From: Anaerolineales bacterium
GTDB lineage: Bacteria > Chloroflexota > Anaerolineae > Anaerolineales > DRKV01
NCBI GenBank assembly: GCA_034429745.1
Contig: DAOUFY010000014.1
Location: forward strand, 23,538-87,537
Reading direction: 5' to 3'
Length of the DNA: 64,000 nt
Shown: positions 1 to 9,518 of the stretch, piece by piece
Numbering within the stretch: position 1 is the first letter of the stretch
Layout: each line of letters starts with the position of its first letter
The notes under the pieces: generated by a model
The model's database searches: none
The model's input: the letters and a program-made list of their open reading frames with translations, nothing else
What the model was told of the DNA's origin: nothing
Made by a program: the position numbers and the translations under genes

Positions 1-1041
1 GCTATCTGCCGTGCGCTGACGTCCGATGTAAAGCTCATTATTATGGATGAGCCTACAGCTTCATTGACCAAAAGAGAGGTGGACGCCTTGCTTTCGGTTG
101 TGCTGGATATGAAAAAGAAAGGCATTGCTACGCTGTTCGTTAGCCATAAGCTTAATGAGCTGCTTCAAATTGCTGACCGAATCAGTGTAATTAGAGATGG
201 CAGAATGGTTGGCGTTTATCCTTCCTCTGAGCTGAATGATGAAAAGCTGACCATGCTGATGACAGGGAAGAAATTGGAGTATCATCCTTTTACCAAAGAA
301 GTAAATCATCAGCAGCCAATCCTGGCATGCGAAAAGTTATCGCGGCATGGGGAATATAAGGATATCACCTTTCAGCTGCTGCCGGGTGAGATATTGGGCA
401 TCACCGGCTTGCTTGGTTCAGGGCGAACGGAGCTAGCCCACTCCTTATTTGGCTTAACGTCTCCTGATGAAGGCAATTTGTATTTTGAAGGCAAGCCTTT
501 GAAAATTACCTCCATTCAGCATGCAATGCAATTGGGGATTGCATATGTGCCAGAAAACCGTTTGCTGCAAGGGCTGATCAACGTTCAACCGGTCAGTGAC
601 AATATTATTATTACCACCCTCCAATCTATGGTCAATCGTTTCAAGCTGTTGGATAAGAAGCGGATGAAAGAAAACGTTCAACATTGGGTGGAAGAGTTGT
701 CTATCAAAGTTCCTAGCGTAGATTCGCCAGTGCAAACCCTTTCTGGAGGCAATCAGCAGCGAGTTGTACTGGCTAAATGGATTGCAACCCAACCTAAAGT
801 GCTGATCCTAGACAACCCAACGGCAGGAATTGATGTGGCAGCTAAGTTTGCTATCCATGAAATTGTTCGCAACCTAGCTCAAAAAGGGATCGGCATTATC
901 CTCATTTCGGATGAAATCCCTGAGGTCTATAATAACTGCAACCGAGTATTGGTGATGCGCAAAGGGAGCATCGTTAAAGAATTTGTTACCGCGCAATGCT
1001 CTCCGGAAGAGATTCAAAATTACGTCAACGAAACTTATTGA
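1..1041 (+). CDS. Sugar ABC transporter ATP-binding protein (two-NBD RbsA/MglA type); 5' end lies outside the window
   Basis: Frame 1 is open from nt 1 (..KLIIMDEPTASLT is the Walker B of NBD1). NBD2 has the signature LSGGNQQRVVLAKW and Walker B VLILDNPTAGIDV. Two permease genes follow. Confidence 0.85.
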   Translation, partial: AICRALTSDVKLIIMDEPTASLTKREVDALLSVVLDMKKKGIATLFVSHKLNELLQIADRISVIRDGRMVGVYPSSELNDEKLTMLMTGKKLEYHPFTKEVNHQQPILACEKLSRHGEYKDITFQLLPGEILGITGLLGSGRTELAHSLFGLTSPDEGNLYFEGKPLKITSIQHAMQLGIAYVPENRLLQGLINVQPVSDNIIITTLQSMVNRFKLLDKKRMKENVQHWVEELSIKVPSVDSPVQTLSGGNQQRVVLAKWIATQPKVLILDNPTAGIDVAAKFAIHEIVRNLAQKGIGIILISDEIPEVYNNCNRVLVMRKGSIVKEFVTAQCSPEEIQNYVNETY

Positions 1042-1060
1042 GTTAAGGGATAATGGAATC

Positions 1061-2062
1061 ATGAAGAATATTTTTTCTCGTCACGAAACGTATGTTTTCA
1101 TTGCAGTAGTGATTTTTTCAATCATTATCACCATCATCAACCCAAGCTTTTTCACCCTAGAAAACTTGTTTGATTTGTTAAGGAGCTATTCCTTAATGGG
1201 CACTTTTGCTATTGGCATGCTGTTTGTGCTTATTTCGGGTGGGATTGATATTTCTTTTACTGCAATTGCGACGGTTACCGGCTATACCATTGCGGTGCTT
1301 TTACTCCAGCATGGAGAGCAGCTTAACATCGTGTTGGTCTTTCTTATTGCCGGCATCATTGGGGTTATTTTAGGGATGATTAATGCGGTGATCATCTATT
1401 ACTTCAAGATTCCTAGCATTATCACAACTATTGCTACCTTGAACATCTATTATGGTTTGCTGACGGTAGCATCAGAAGGAAAATGGTTATATGGCTTTCC
1501 GACATGGTTTGCCGATTTTTCGACAGCCCGCATCTTTACCTTATATACAGCCGATCAAGTACCGTATGGTCTTTCGGTGATCACGGTGATTTGGTTTGCT
1601 TTGATTTTCATTGGTTGGTTTATTCTGCGTTATACAGTGTTGGGTCGCAGCATTTATGCGATGGGTGGCAATATTGCTTCGGCACAACGAGCAGGGTTTA
1701 ATATCTTTGGCTTAACGGTATTTGTCTATTCTTTTATGGGATTAATGGCAGGGTTTGGCAGTGTAATTCAAGCTTTGCTGGTGCAAACCGTAGCGCCAAA
1801 CTCGTTGGTTGGCAAAGAGCTGGATGTGATTGCGGCAGTTGTGCTCGGTGGGGCGAGCTTAACTGGTGGCACTGGCAGCATGTTGGGGACGCTGCTCGGT
1901 GTGGCATTGATCGCTATCATGGGCAACGGTTTGACGTTGATGCACGTGCCGGCAGTTTGGTATAAAGTGGTGATTGGCTTTGTCATCTTGGTCAGTGTGG
2001 CTTTTAGTGCCTACCGCAGTAAAATATCAGTCCAAAAACGAGTCATTGTTGAAGCTAGCTAG
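1061..2062 (+). CDS. Sugar ABC transporter permease (ribose/RbsC-like family)
   Basis: Polytopic hydrophobic protein with GGIDISFTAIA and LGGASLTGGTGS motifs typical of RbsC-type permeases. ATG 1061 has AAGGGA 10 nt upstream. The 983 start in the ORF track would overlap the ATPase gene. Confidence 0.8.
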   Translation: MKNIFSRHETYVFIAVVIFSIIITIINPSFFTLENLFDLLRSYSLMGTFAIGMLFVLISGGIDISFTAIATVTGYTIAVLLLQHGEQLNIVLVFLIAGIIGVILGMINAVIIYYFKIPSIITTIATLNIYYGLLTVASEGKWLYGFPTWFADFSTARIFTLYTADQVPYGLSVITVIWFALIFIGWFILRYTVLGRSIYAMGGNIASAQRAGFNIFGLTVFVYSFMGLMAGFGSVIQALLVQTVAPNSLVGKELDVIAAVVLGGASLTGGTGSMLGTLLGVALIAIMGNGLTLMHVPAVWYKVVIGFVILVSVAFSAYRSKISVQKRVIVEAS

Positions 2063-2082
2063 TACATGTAGGGAGGCATACT

Positions 2083-3060
2083 GTGTTGCGTAGAATTTCT
2101 CATCTTTCTGTGTTGCTGGTTGTTATGCTGATGGTCATTGCCTTGATGGGTCTGCTCAATGGCAAGAATTTTTTAAGCATTGGCAATTTTCAGTCTATGG
2201 CTTACCAAATGCCTGAACTGGGCATACTAACCTTGGCAATGATGATTACCATGCTGACCTCGGGGATTAACCTTTCCATCATTGCATCGGCTAATTTGGC
2301 GGGGATCATGATGGCAATGGTGCTGACAAGGGCTTTTCCAGCGGAAAGTGCCAACAGCCTAGGGGTGATCTTGTTAGCGATGCTGGTTGGCTTGCTTACC
2401 TCAGCGGTTATTGGTGTCCTAAATGGTACATTGATTGCGTATTTGGATATTTCACCCATTTTAGCTACCCTTGGCACAATGATTATGATAAGTGGTTTTG
2501 CGGTGGTGCTTACGGAAGGCTATGTGATCTCCGGCCTACCAGAAACCTGGCGCCTGATTGGAAATGGCGCTGTACTAGGGATTCCGATCCCAATTCTCAT
2601 CTTTGCTGCTTGTGCGGGTGTTATGGCGCTCTTGCTTAATCGAACACCATTTGGCAAGCAGGTTTATCTTATTGGCTCTAACCCAACCGCCTGTACTTTC
2701 TCCGGTGTGAATAACCGCAAGGTGCTGTTTTACACTTATGTGATCTCCGGCATATTTTCCGGAATTGCCTCAATGGTGATGATTTCGCGTTTCAATTCTG
2801 CTAAAGCAGATTACGGTGAATCCTACCTGCTGTTAACAATTTTATCAGCAGTGTTGGGCGGAGTAGATGCAGCCGGCGGTTTTGGAAAAGTATCGGAAGT
2901 GGTCGTTTCATTGATCATTTTGCAGATGATTTCCAGTGGATTGAATTTAATGGGCATCAGCAACTTCTTTACTTTGGCATTATGGGGAACAGTGCTGATC
3001 CTTGTTATGGTGATTAAATTTCTGATTGACAGTTATGTGCAAAAGAGGCAGGCAGTATGA
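2083..3060 (+). CDS. Sugar ABC transporter permease, second subunit
   Basis: Paralog of the previous permease (SGINLSIIASANL, LGGVDAAGGFG). GTG start preceded by GGGAGG. Stop overlaps the next start (ATGA at 3057-3060). Confidence 0.8.
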   Translation: MLRRISHLSVLLVVMLMVIALMGLLNGKNFLSIGNFQSMAYQMPELGILTLAMMITMLTSGINLSIIASANLAGIMMAMVLTRAFPAESANSLGVILLAMLVGLLTSAVIGVLNGTLIAYLDISPILATLGTMIMISGFAVVLTEGYVISGLPETWRLIGNGAVLGIPIPILIFAACAGVMALLLNRTPFGKQVYLIGSNPTACTFSGVNNRKVLFYTYVISGIFSGIASMVMISRFNSAKADYGESYLLLTILSAVLGGVDAAGGFGKVSEVVVSLIILQMISSGLNLMGISNFFTLALWGTVLILVMVIKFLIDSYVQKRQAV

Positions 3061-4571
3061 GCACCTTAATGGGTATTGATTTAGGGACAACCAGTCTAAA
3101 AGTGAGTATATTCTCAGAAAAAGGTGAGCTGCTGGCATCCCAATCGCGAGAATATCCCATTCTAGTGCCGCAGGATGGTTATGCCGAGCAGGACGCTCAA
3201 GCATGGTGGGAAGGGTTCATTAGTGCTTGCCAAACTTTAAGCAAAGAGCATGCAGAAGCTTTTTCGCAAGTGGCAGGCATTGGGCTTTGCGGTCAGATGC
3301 ATACCCAAGTGTACCTAGATGAACATGACCAAATTCTGCGGACAGCAATTACTTGGATGGATCAGCGTTCAGCAGGAATTGTTGAGCGGATTAAGCAGGA
3401 TGCCCAAGCTCGCGAATTGATCTTTCGCGAAACATCTAATGATATTACAACTACTTATACCGCACCGCAGGTCAAATGGGTGCAGGAAAATCAGCCCGAA
3501 GTATGGAAAAAAGTACGCCATATCCTTGTTGCAAAGGATTTCCTGAAATACAAGCTGACGGGTGTTATGGCAACCGACTACGCTGAAGCTAGCGGCACGT
3601 TGGTTTTTGATGTGCAAAAGGAAGCTTGGTCGGAAGAAGCTTTTCGATTCTTTGGCATTCCTCAACCATTTTTTCCGGTTGTACTGCCTTCAGATGAAAT
3701 CATCGGCAAGGTTTCTGAGGAAGTCAGCCATTTAACTGGTTTAAAAAGCGGTATTCCGGTGGTGAACGGTAGCTCAGACAACTCTGCTTCTGCATTAGGG
3801 GCAGGCATGGTGGAACCAGGTCAGGTTACCTTGATTATCGGCACTGCAGGGGTAATTACCGTCTGCTCCGATAAACCGTTGTTGGATACCTATCACCGCG
3901 TTTTATGCTGGCATTACTGTTTGCGGCGGCATTGGGCAACTTTGGGGATTATGCAAACTGCCGGCGAGTCGCTGGAATGGTTTAAGAATGCTTTCGATCA
4001 GCAAGAGGGTCCGCAGCAAATTTCTGGTGATATTTTCAACCGCTACAATCAAGCTGCCCAAAGTGTTCCTGAGGGTAGCGATGGGCTGATCTTTTTACCT
4101 TACCTAAACGGCGAGCGTACTCCTTATTGGGACCCAAGCGCGCGAGGCGTATTTTTTGGGATTAATCTTAAGACTACAAAAGCCCACTTTGTACGCGCTA
4201 TTATGGAAGGCGTTTCTTTTGCTTTGCGCAATAATATCGAGACAGTTGAATCATTGGGGATTAAGATTAACGAGGTGCGCGCCGTTGGCGGCGGTTTGAA
4301 AAGCCCTGTGTGGCTTGAAATTCTTGGCAAAATTCTCAAAAGACCCATTGCAACGGTCTCAGTGCAGGATACTGCCAACTTAGGCAACATTTTGCTTTGC
4401 GGCCATGCCTTGGGGCTTTATCCATCCTATGAGGAAGCGGTAGCTAAGATGGTTTCAACCGATAAAATGGTGAATTTCCCGCACGGTTCTGATTGCTACG
4501 AACGGCAATACCCCATTTTTTTGGGTTTATATCAACAGCTGAAGCCACTTTATGAAAAAGCTGCAGAATAA
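3057..4571 (+). CDS. FGGY-family carbohydrate kinase, xylulokinase-like
   Basis: N-terminal GIDLGTTSLKV, GTAGV and C-terminal GGGLKSPVWLEILG motifs of FGGY kinases. Translationally coupled to the sugar ABC genes. Confidence 0.75.
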   Translation: MSTLMGIDLGTTSLKVSIFSEKGELLASQSREYPILVPQDGYAEQDAQAWWEGFISACQTLSKEHAEAFSQVAGIGLCGQMHTQVYLDEHDQILRTAITWMDQRSAGIVERIKQDAQARELIFRETSNDITTTYTAPQVKWVQENQPEVWKKVRHILVAKDFLKYKLTGVMATDYAEASGTLVFDVQKEAWSEEAFRFFGIPQPFFPVVLPSDEIIGKVSEEVSHLTGLKSGIPVVNGSSDNSASALGAGMVEPGQVTLIIGTAGVITVCSDKPLLDTYHRVLCWHYCLRRHWATLGIMQTAGESLEWFKNAFDQQEGPQQISGDIFNRYNQAAQSVPEGSDGLIFLPYLNGERTPYWDPSARGVFFGINLKTTKAHFVRAIMEGVSFALRNNIETVESLGIKINEVRAVGGGLKSPVWLEILGKILKRPIATVSVQDTANLGNILLCGHALGLYPSYEEAVAKMVSTDKMVNFPHGSDCYERQYPIFLGLYQQLKPLYEKAAE

Positions 4572-4630
4572 CGGAGCGGATCGGCGACAACAGTTTTATA
4601 AACATGGTTAGTGCATGAGAGAAAATTGCA

Positions 4631-6295
4631 ATGTCTATTCAGGAAGAAGCTGCAAGATGGTATAACCAAGTCTATCGCAAATCGGTGGAAAAATTTCCAG
4701 AGCGCAAACCGCGCTTCAGTACCTCATTTGGAGAAGAAATTGCTCCTCTCTACTACCCTCAAGCTGAAGGAGAAGAGGCGAGCCGTCTCTATATGGAAAA
4801 GTTGGGCTTTCCCGGCGAGTACCCTTACACGCGTGGCGTACAACCGACAATGTACCGCAGCCGTTTATGGACAATGCGCCAGTACGCTGGTTTTGGTACA
4901 GCCGCAGAAGCCAACCAACGGTTTAAGTATCTGTTGGAACAGGGGCAAACCGGGCTTTCAATCGCTTTCGATTTGCCAACCCAGATCGGCTACGATTCGG
5001 ATCATCCAATGGCGGATGGCGAGGTAGGCAGGGTTGGCGTAGCCATTGATACATTGCGGGATATGGAGTGCTTGTTTGAGGGCATCCCTCTCGATAAAGT
5101 GTCAACGTCAATGACTATCAACACGACTGCTTCGATCCTTTTAGCTATGGTTATTGCGGTAGCAGAAAAGCAGGGCGTTTCACCGGCTGCCCTGGAGGGA
5201 ACGATACAAAACGACATCCTCAAGGAGTATATTGCCCGCGGTACATATCGGTTTCCCCCAAAGCCGAGCATGCGCTTGATCACCGATATTTTAGCTTACT
5301 GTTCAAAAGAAGTGCCAAAATGGAATTCCATCTCGATTTCTGGGTATCACATTCGCGAGGCTGGCAGCAACGCGGTGCAGGAGGTGGCTTTTACGCTGGC
5401 AGATGGCATCGCTTATGTAGAAGCTGCCATTAAAGCGGGTTTGGCAGTGGATAGTTTTGCACCGCGTCTCTCGTTCTTCTTTGCTGCTCATAATAATTTG
5501 CTTGAGGAAGTGGCAAAATTCCGCGCTGCCCGCAGGTTGTGGGCGAAGATTATGAAAGAGCGGTTCAATGCAGGTCCAAAATCCCAAGTGTTGCGGTTTC
5601 ACACACAGACTGCCGGCTCAACACTCACAGCACAGCAGCCGGATAACAATATTGTTCGTGTGGCTATTCAGACGCTGGCAGCTGTATTGGGGGGCACGCA
5701 ATCGCTGCATACCAACTCACGTGACGAAGCCCTTTCTTTGCCTGCTGAAGATAGCGTGCGCATTGCCCTGCGTACTCAGCAGATTGTGGCATATGAAAGC
5801 GGGGTGGCGGATACCATTGATCCTCTAGCCGGCTCTTATGCTGTGGAACATCTCACTGATCTAATTGAAGAGAAGGCTGCCGCTTATATTGCTCATATTG
5901 ATGAGCTAGGAGGGATGGTTGAAGCAATCGAAAGCGGCTATGTACAGCGCGAAATTCAAAAGAGTTCTTATCAAGTTCAGAAAGCGATAGAATCAGGTGA
6001 GATGGTTGTCGTGGGTTTGAATAAGTTCCAGATAGAGGAAGAACCGCCTGAAAATATTATGCGATTAGACCCAGCTATCCAAGAAGCACAGATCGCAAGC
6101 ATACAGCGCGTGAAAGCCGAACGCGACAAAAAAGAAGTGGAGCGCACTCTTGCAGCAGTAAGAGCCGCTGCCGCTTCTACGGAAAACCTGATGCCGCATA
6201 TTCTCGCCGCTGTGAAAGCTTATGCCACGTTGGGTGAGATCGTAGATGAGCTGAAGGCGGTTTTTGGTGAACATAAAGAAACGATAATATTATAA
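4631..6295 (+). CDS. Methylmalonyl-CoA mutase, catalytic (large) subunit without B12 domain
   Basis: 554 aa with the typical MCM barrel sequence ([55 protein letters not shown]). Followed by a separate B12-binding subunit. Confidence 0.9.
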   Translation: MSIQEEAARWYNQVYRKSVEKFPERKPRFSTSFGEEIAPLYYPQAEGEEASRLYMEKLGFPGEYPYTRGVQPTMYRSRLWTMRQYAGFGTAAEANQRFKYLLEQGQTGLSIAFDLPTQIGYDSDHPMADGEVGRVGVAIDTLRDMECLFEGIPLDKVSTSMTINTTASILLAMVIAVAEKQGVSPAALEGTIQNDILKEYIARGTYRFPPKPSMRLITDILAYCSKEVPKWNSISISGYHIREAGSNAVQEVAFTLADGIAYVEAAIKAGLAVDSFAPRLSFFFAAHNNLLEEVAKFRAARRLWAKIMKERFNAGPKSQVLRFHTQTAGSTLTAQQPDNNIVRVAIQTLAAVLGGTQSLHTNSRDEALSLPAEDSVRIALRTQQIVAYESGVADTIDPLAGSYAVEHLTDLIEEKAAAYIAHIDELGGMVEAIESGYVQREIQKSSYQVQKAIESGEMVVVGLNKFQIEEEPPENIMRLDPAIQEAQIASIQRVKAERDKKEVERTLAAVRAAAASTENLMPHILAAVKAYATLGEIVDELKAVFGEHKETIIL

Positions 6296-6302
6296 AAGGC
6301 TT

Positions 6303-6713
6303 ATGGAAAAGAAAATACGCGTTCTTATAGCCAAACCCGGCTTGGATGGGCACGATCGCGGTGCTAAATTCATCGCACAGGCATTGCGCGATGCCGGTAT
6401 GGAAGTTATTTATACCGGCTTGCGCCAGACTCCAGCCTCGATTGTAGCGGCTGCCATTCAAGAGGATGTTGATGCCATTGGGCTTTCCATTCTTTCCGGT
6501 GCGCATAACACCCTGCTGCCGCGGGTAGCGCAACTGTTGAAAGAAAACGGCGCAGAGGACATTCTGCTCTTTGGCGGTGGAGTAATCCCTGCAGAGGATA
6601 TTCCCTTCTTAAAAGAGCATGGGATACAAGAGGTCTTTACCCCGGGCGCATCCAGCAGCGAGATCATCGAGTTTATTCGCACCCATGTGCGCCGCAAGCG
6701 CAGCGATGAATAA
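6303..6713 (+). CDS. Methylmalonyl-CoA mutase B12-binding (small) subunit
   Basis: 136 aa. Cobalamin-binding DxHxxG motif present as [12 protein letters not shown], followed by the Rossmann-like GLSILSGAH. Confidence 0.9.
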   Translation: MEKKIRVLIAKPGLDGHDRGAKFIAQALRDAGMEVIYTGLRQTPASIVAAAIQEDVDAIGLSILSGAHNTLLPRVAQLLKENGAEDILLFGGGVIPAEDIPFLKEHGIQEVFTPGASSSEIIEFIRTHVRRKRSDE

Positions 6714-7659
6714 AGATGATTTTTTTCTGCCGAATGGCAAGCTTAATACCCGCCAATTGGCGCGCTTTATCTCATTGATCGAAAATAATCCCCAAGAAGC
6801 CCAAGCTGCTTTGGCGCAGCTGTATTGTGAAAATCATCAAGCTTTGTTGTTGGGCATCACTGGTCCGCCAGGGGTTGGCAAGAGCACCTTAACAGATGGA
6901 TTAATTGCCCATTACCGAGCATTGGATAAAAAGGTGGCAGTCATTGCTGTAGATGCAAGCTCACCCTTTACTGGGGGAGCTATTTTGGGCGATCGCATTC
7001 GCATGTCTTCACATGCCACTGATGCAGAGGTCTTCATCCGCAGTATGGGCAATCGCGGCAATTTGGGCGGATTAGCACCCGCTACCATGGATGTGATGAA
7101 TCTGCTTACTTCCGTTGGCTTTGATGTGGTGCTGATTGAAACGGTAGGTGTTGGACAAACCGAAGTGGATATTATGCACTTAGTAGATACAGTGCTCTTA
7201 GTGCTTATGCCCGGGTTGGGAGATGAAGTTCAAGCTCTGAAAGCCGGCGTGATGGAGATCGCAGATATTTTTGTCATCAACAAAGCTGATAAACCCGGCG
7301 CACAGCAGCTGCAATCAGAAATTTCCATGCTGCTGAACTTAAAACAGGAACGGCTGACATGGACCCCGCCAATTGTTGAAACTATTGCGACCGAAACGCG
7401 CGGCATAGAAGCGTTGACAGCTGCAATTTCCCGACATAGTGAATACCTAAACTCTCACCAAGCAGAAGAAAAACGACGTAAAAAGCAGCATCGGTTTCAG
7501 CGTATGGTGCAGCAAAAACTTTTTAACCTTGCTTTACGCTTTCTGCAAGATAATCAAGCTTATCAGCAATGGGCGCAAGAGGCAAGTACAGCGGCTGTCA
7601 ACCCTTACGCTGCCATGCAAGATTTTGAAAACCATATCATATTAAGATGGGAGGTTTAA
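6706..7659 (+). CDS. meaB: MeaB/ArgK-type G-protein chaperone of methylmalonyl-CoA mutase
   Basis: P-loop GPPGVGKST and G4 motif NKADK. ATG 6706 overlaps the upstream stop (ATGAATAA). The 6619 start in the ORF track is an out-of-context upstream extension. Confidence 0.9.
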   Translation: MNKDDFFLPNGKLNTRQLARFISLIENNPQEAQAALAQLYCENHQALLLGITGPPGVGKSTLTDGLIAHYRALDKKVAVIAVDASSPFTGGAILGDRIRMSSHATDAEVFIRSMGNRGNLGGLAPATMDVMNLLTSVGFDVVLIETVGVGQTEVDIMHLVDTVLLVLMPGLGDEVQALKAGVMEIADIFVINKADKPGAQQLQSEISMLLNLKQERLTWTPPIVETIATETRGIEALTAAISRHSEYLNSHQAEEKRRKKQHRFQRMVQQKLFNLALRFLQDNQAYQQWAQEASTAAVNPYAAMQDFENHIILRWEV

Positions 7660-7660
7660 A

Positions 7661-8071
7661 ATGGCGGTTAAAAAAATCAATCATATTGGTATTGCGGTTG
7701 AAAGCATTGCAGAGGTTGTGAAATTTTATAAAGAAAGCCTAGGGTTGAGTGTAGAAGGAGAAGAAGAAGTCACCGAACAAAAAGTCAAGGTCGTTTTTTT
7801 ACCATTAGGTGAAACTCGGCTGGAATTGCTGGAACCTACTGCAGAAGATAGTCCGGTAAAAAAGTTTTTAGAAACGAAAGGTCCCGGAGTACATCACCTT
7901 GCTTTCGATGTAGATGATATTGAAGCAGAATTAGCGCGCCTAAAGGAGCAGGGGGCGCGTCTCATTGATGAAAAACCGCGCCGTGGGGCTCATGGAACAA
8001 AAATTGCGTTTATCCATCCGAAGGAATCAAAGGGCGTATTAGTAGAGCTTACAGAACAAAATCATGGCTAA
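7661..8071 (+). CDS. Methylmalonyl-CoA epimerase (VOC/glyoxalase fold)
   Basis: 136 aa with INHIGIAV, ELLEP, GVHHLAF and IAFIHPK..GVLVEL, typical of MCE. Starts 1 nt after the meaB stop. Confidence 0.85.
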   Translation: MAVKKINHIGIAVESIAEVVKFYKESLGLSVEGEEEVTEQKVKVVFLPLGETRLELLEPTAEDSPVKKFLETKGPGVHHLAFDVDDIEAELARLKEQGARLIDEKPRRGAHGTKIAFIHPKESKGVLVELTEQNHG

Positions 8072-8698
8072 GTGGGTGAATCTATGACTCAACCTTATAT
8101 TATTGGTCGTTTGCTGCGGGCAAGCACAACCAGCTTCGTTGTTGGCTGCCAAGCTGGACAGCTTTCTATGCCTGCCCTAGGCGCGTTGGTGCGCGTGCCG
8201 GTGGAAGATGACTACCAAGTCTATGGAATCGTTCAGGATATTCATATTGACGACGACGGGTTGGTACGACAGTTAGTAACTGCAGCTCAGGTGGATGATT
8301 CTGTCATTGCCGATAATCGTTTTAACCGCAACGTTCCAATTGAGATGAGCGCCTTAGCAGTCGGTTACCGACACGGGGAAGAAATCTCACATTTGCTGCC
8401 GCCTCGCCCTCCCCTAAGTTTGGATGCCATTTACCTGTGCGATGATGAAGAAATTCGTGCTTTTACTAGCAGCCCGCGCTTTGGCTATTTTCGTCATTTG
8501 CTGCGGATGAAGGATGCGCCTTTAGCAGAGGTGTTAGCTGCACATTTCAAACTAGTGATTCAAGCCCAGCGTCAATCAAACCCACAATGGGTTAAAGCCG
8601 CGGTTCAGGAGATGATCACGCTTCTAAGAGATGACTACGCCACGTTAAGTTCTGTACTGAGTGCCTTAGGGGATGCATTGCCCTTTGATTTAAGTTAA
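8072..8698 (+). CDS. Hypothetical protein, co-transcribed with the MCM operon
   Basis: ORF begins (GTG 8072, or ATG 8084) immediately after the epimerase TAA. No motif I can assign. The N-terminal ~60 aa have a small beta-barrel-like pattern. Confidence 0.5.
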   Translation: MGESMTQPYIIGRLLRASTTSFVVGCQAGQLSMPALGALVRVPVEDDYQVYGIVQDIHIDDDGLVRQLVTAAQVDDSVIADNRFNRNVPIEMSALAVGYRHGEEISHLLPPRPPLSLDAIYLCDDEEIRAFTSSPRFGYFRHLLRMKDAPLAEVLAAHFKLVIQAQRQSNPQWVKAAVQEMITLLRDDYATLSSVLSALGDALPFDLS

Positions 8699-8734
8699 TG
8701 TTGATTAGTTAATAAATTCAAAAGGAGACAAAAT

Positions 8735-9106
8735 ATGACGCAGGAGAGGGCTCAAATAATTAATCATCGAGGCAAAGAGGTAGTTTGTATTGATTTGACG
8801 CAGCTTAATAGCAATAATGATATTTCTGTCATCCTTGATGAGGCTGCAGCATTGATCCGAACAGGTGCTTTGCATAGCAAATTGATTATGACCGACGTAA
8901 CAAAGGCAAAATATACCAAAGAGACTGCTGAGCTCATGAAAGATTTCACCTCAAAGAATACGGATTACGTAAAGGCTTCGGCAGTAGTAGGTGCTGAAGG
9001 AGTGCAGCTTATCCTAATGCAGACAATTATCTTCCTAACCCGGCGAGAATTAAAAACCTTCGATAACCGTGAAGCGGCGCTAGATTGGCTAGTGTCAGTA
9101 GCATAG
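8735..9106 (+). CDS. Hypothetical protein, STAS/SpoIIAA-like pattern
   Basis: 123 aa with AAGGAGA 7 nt upstream of the ATG. The layout (..VVCIDLT.., ..ASAVVGAEGVQ.., C-terminal REAALDWL) resembles SpoIIAA-like/STAS modules. Assignment is tentative. Confidence 0.45.
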   Translation: MTQERAQIINHRGKEVVCIDLTQLNSNNDISVILDEAAALIRTGALHSKLIMTDVTKAKYTKETAELMKDFTSKNTDYVKASAVVGAEGVQLILMQTIIFLTRRELKTFDNREAALDWLVSVA

Positions 9107-9112
9107 AGGAGT

Positions 9113-9335
9113 GTGTCCTCACCGCCGGCCCCTACCCTAGGAGTGGATCGGGGAAGTCCTCATAATCCCTGACCGTTCTCCTAGAGCAGGAGAACGGATA
9201 TGTAACTTCCTTCCCTCATTTTAGGAGAAGAGCCGTTGATGTGGGCAGAGAGGTTCAACCTTTCTCCCGGCTCCTTTCCTAAGACAGGAAAGGGGAGAGG
9301 TACTTTCTTCTCCTATGCGTGGACACGGGGAGCTA
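9113..9335. repeat. About 2.5 degenerate copies of a GC-rich hairpin repeat family, inverted relative to the 13181-13562 array
   Basis: CCTCATAATCCCTGACC (9160-9176) matches the reverse complement of the unit end GGTCAGGGGTGAGG. Perfect hairpins CCGTTCTCCT/AGGAGAACGG (9173-9197) and CCTTTCCT/AGGAAAGG (9273-9293), each with a 5-nt loop. Confidence 0.6.
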
Positions 9336-9518
9336 AGATGGGTTAATGTGTGTCTTTATAAGACAATTATTTTTCTTGATAATGGTTTATAATTTGATAT
9401 ATGTGATACAATATTACAATTCTGGTTATGCAAAATTAAAGCTTTGCTCCTGCAAGATGCTTCATGGGATAGGATAAATGAAGAGGATAATTCCAATCGA
9501 AATGTTTAATGAGGAAAT

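Noticed and set aside
983-1060. Upstream extensions of ORF-track starts (983, 6619, 37511, 51043, 58309)
   Set aside because: Each extension overlaps the preceding gene or lacks an RBS. An internal start with a good Shine-Dalgarno or family-typical N-terminus exists at 1061, 6706, 37544, 51058 and 58372.
4572-4630. Cobalamin riboswitch upstream of the B12-dependent mutase (also checked upstream of cbiM at 58331-58371)
   Set aside because: The untranslated regions are only ~59 nt and ~35-40 nt, far too short for a cobalamin (~200 nt) or NiCo riboswitch. No B12-box-like sequence was seen.
4611-5027. 138-aa ORF overlapping the start of the mutase gene in another frame
   Set aside because: It is fully nested in the highly conserved MCM coding frame, has basic low-complexity content and has no independent RBS.
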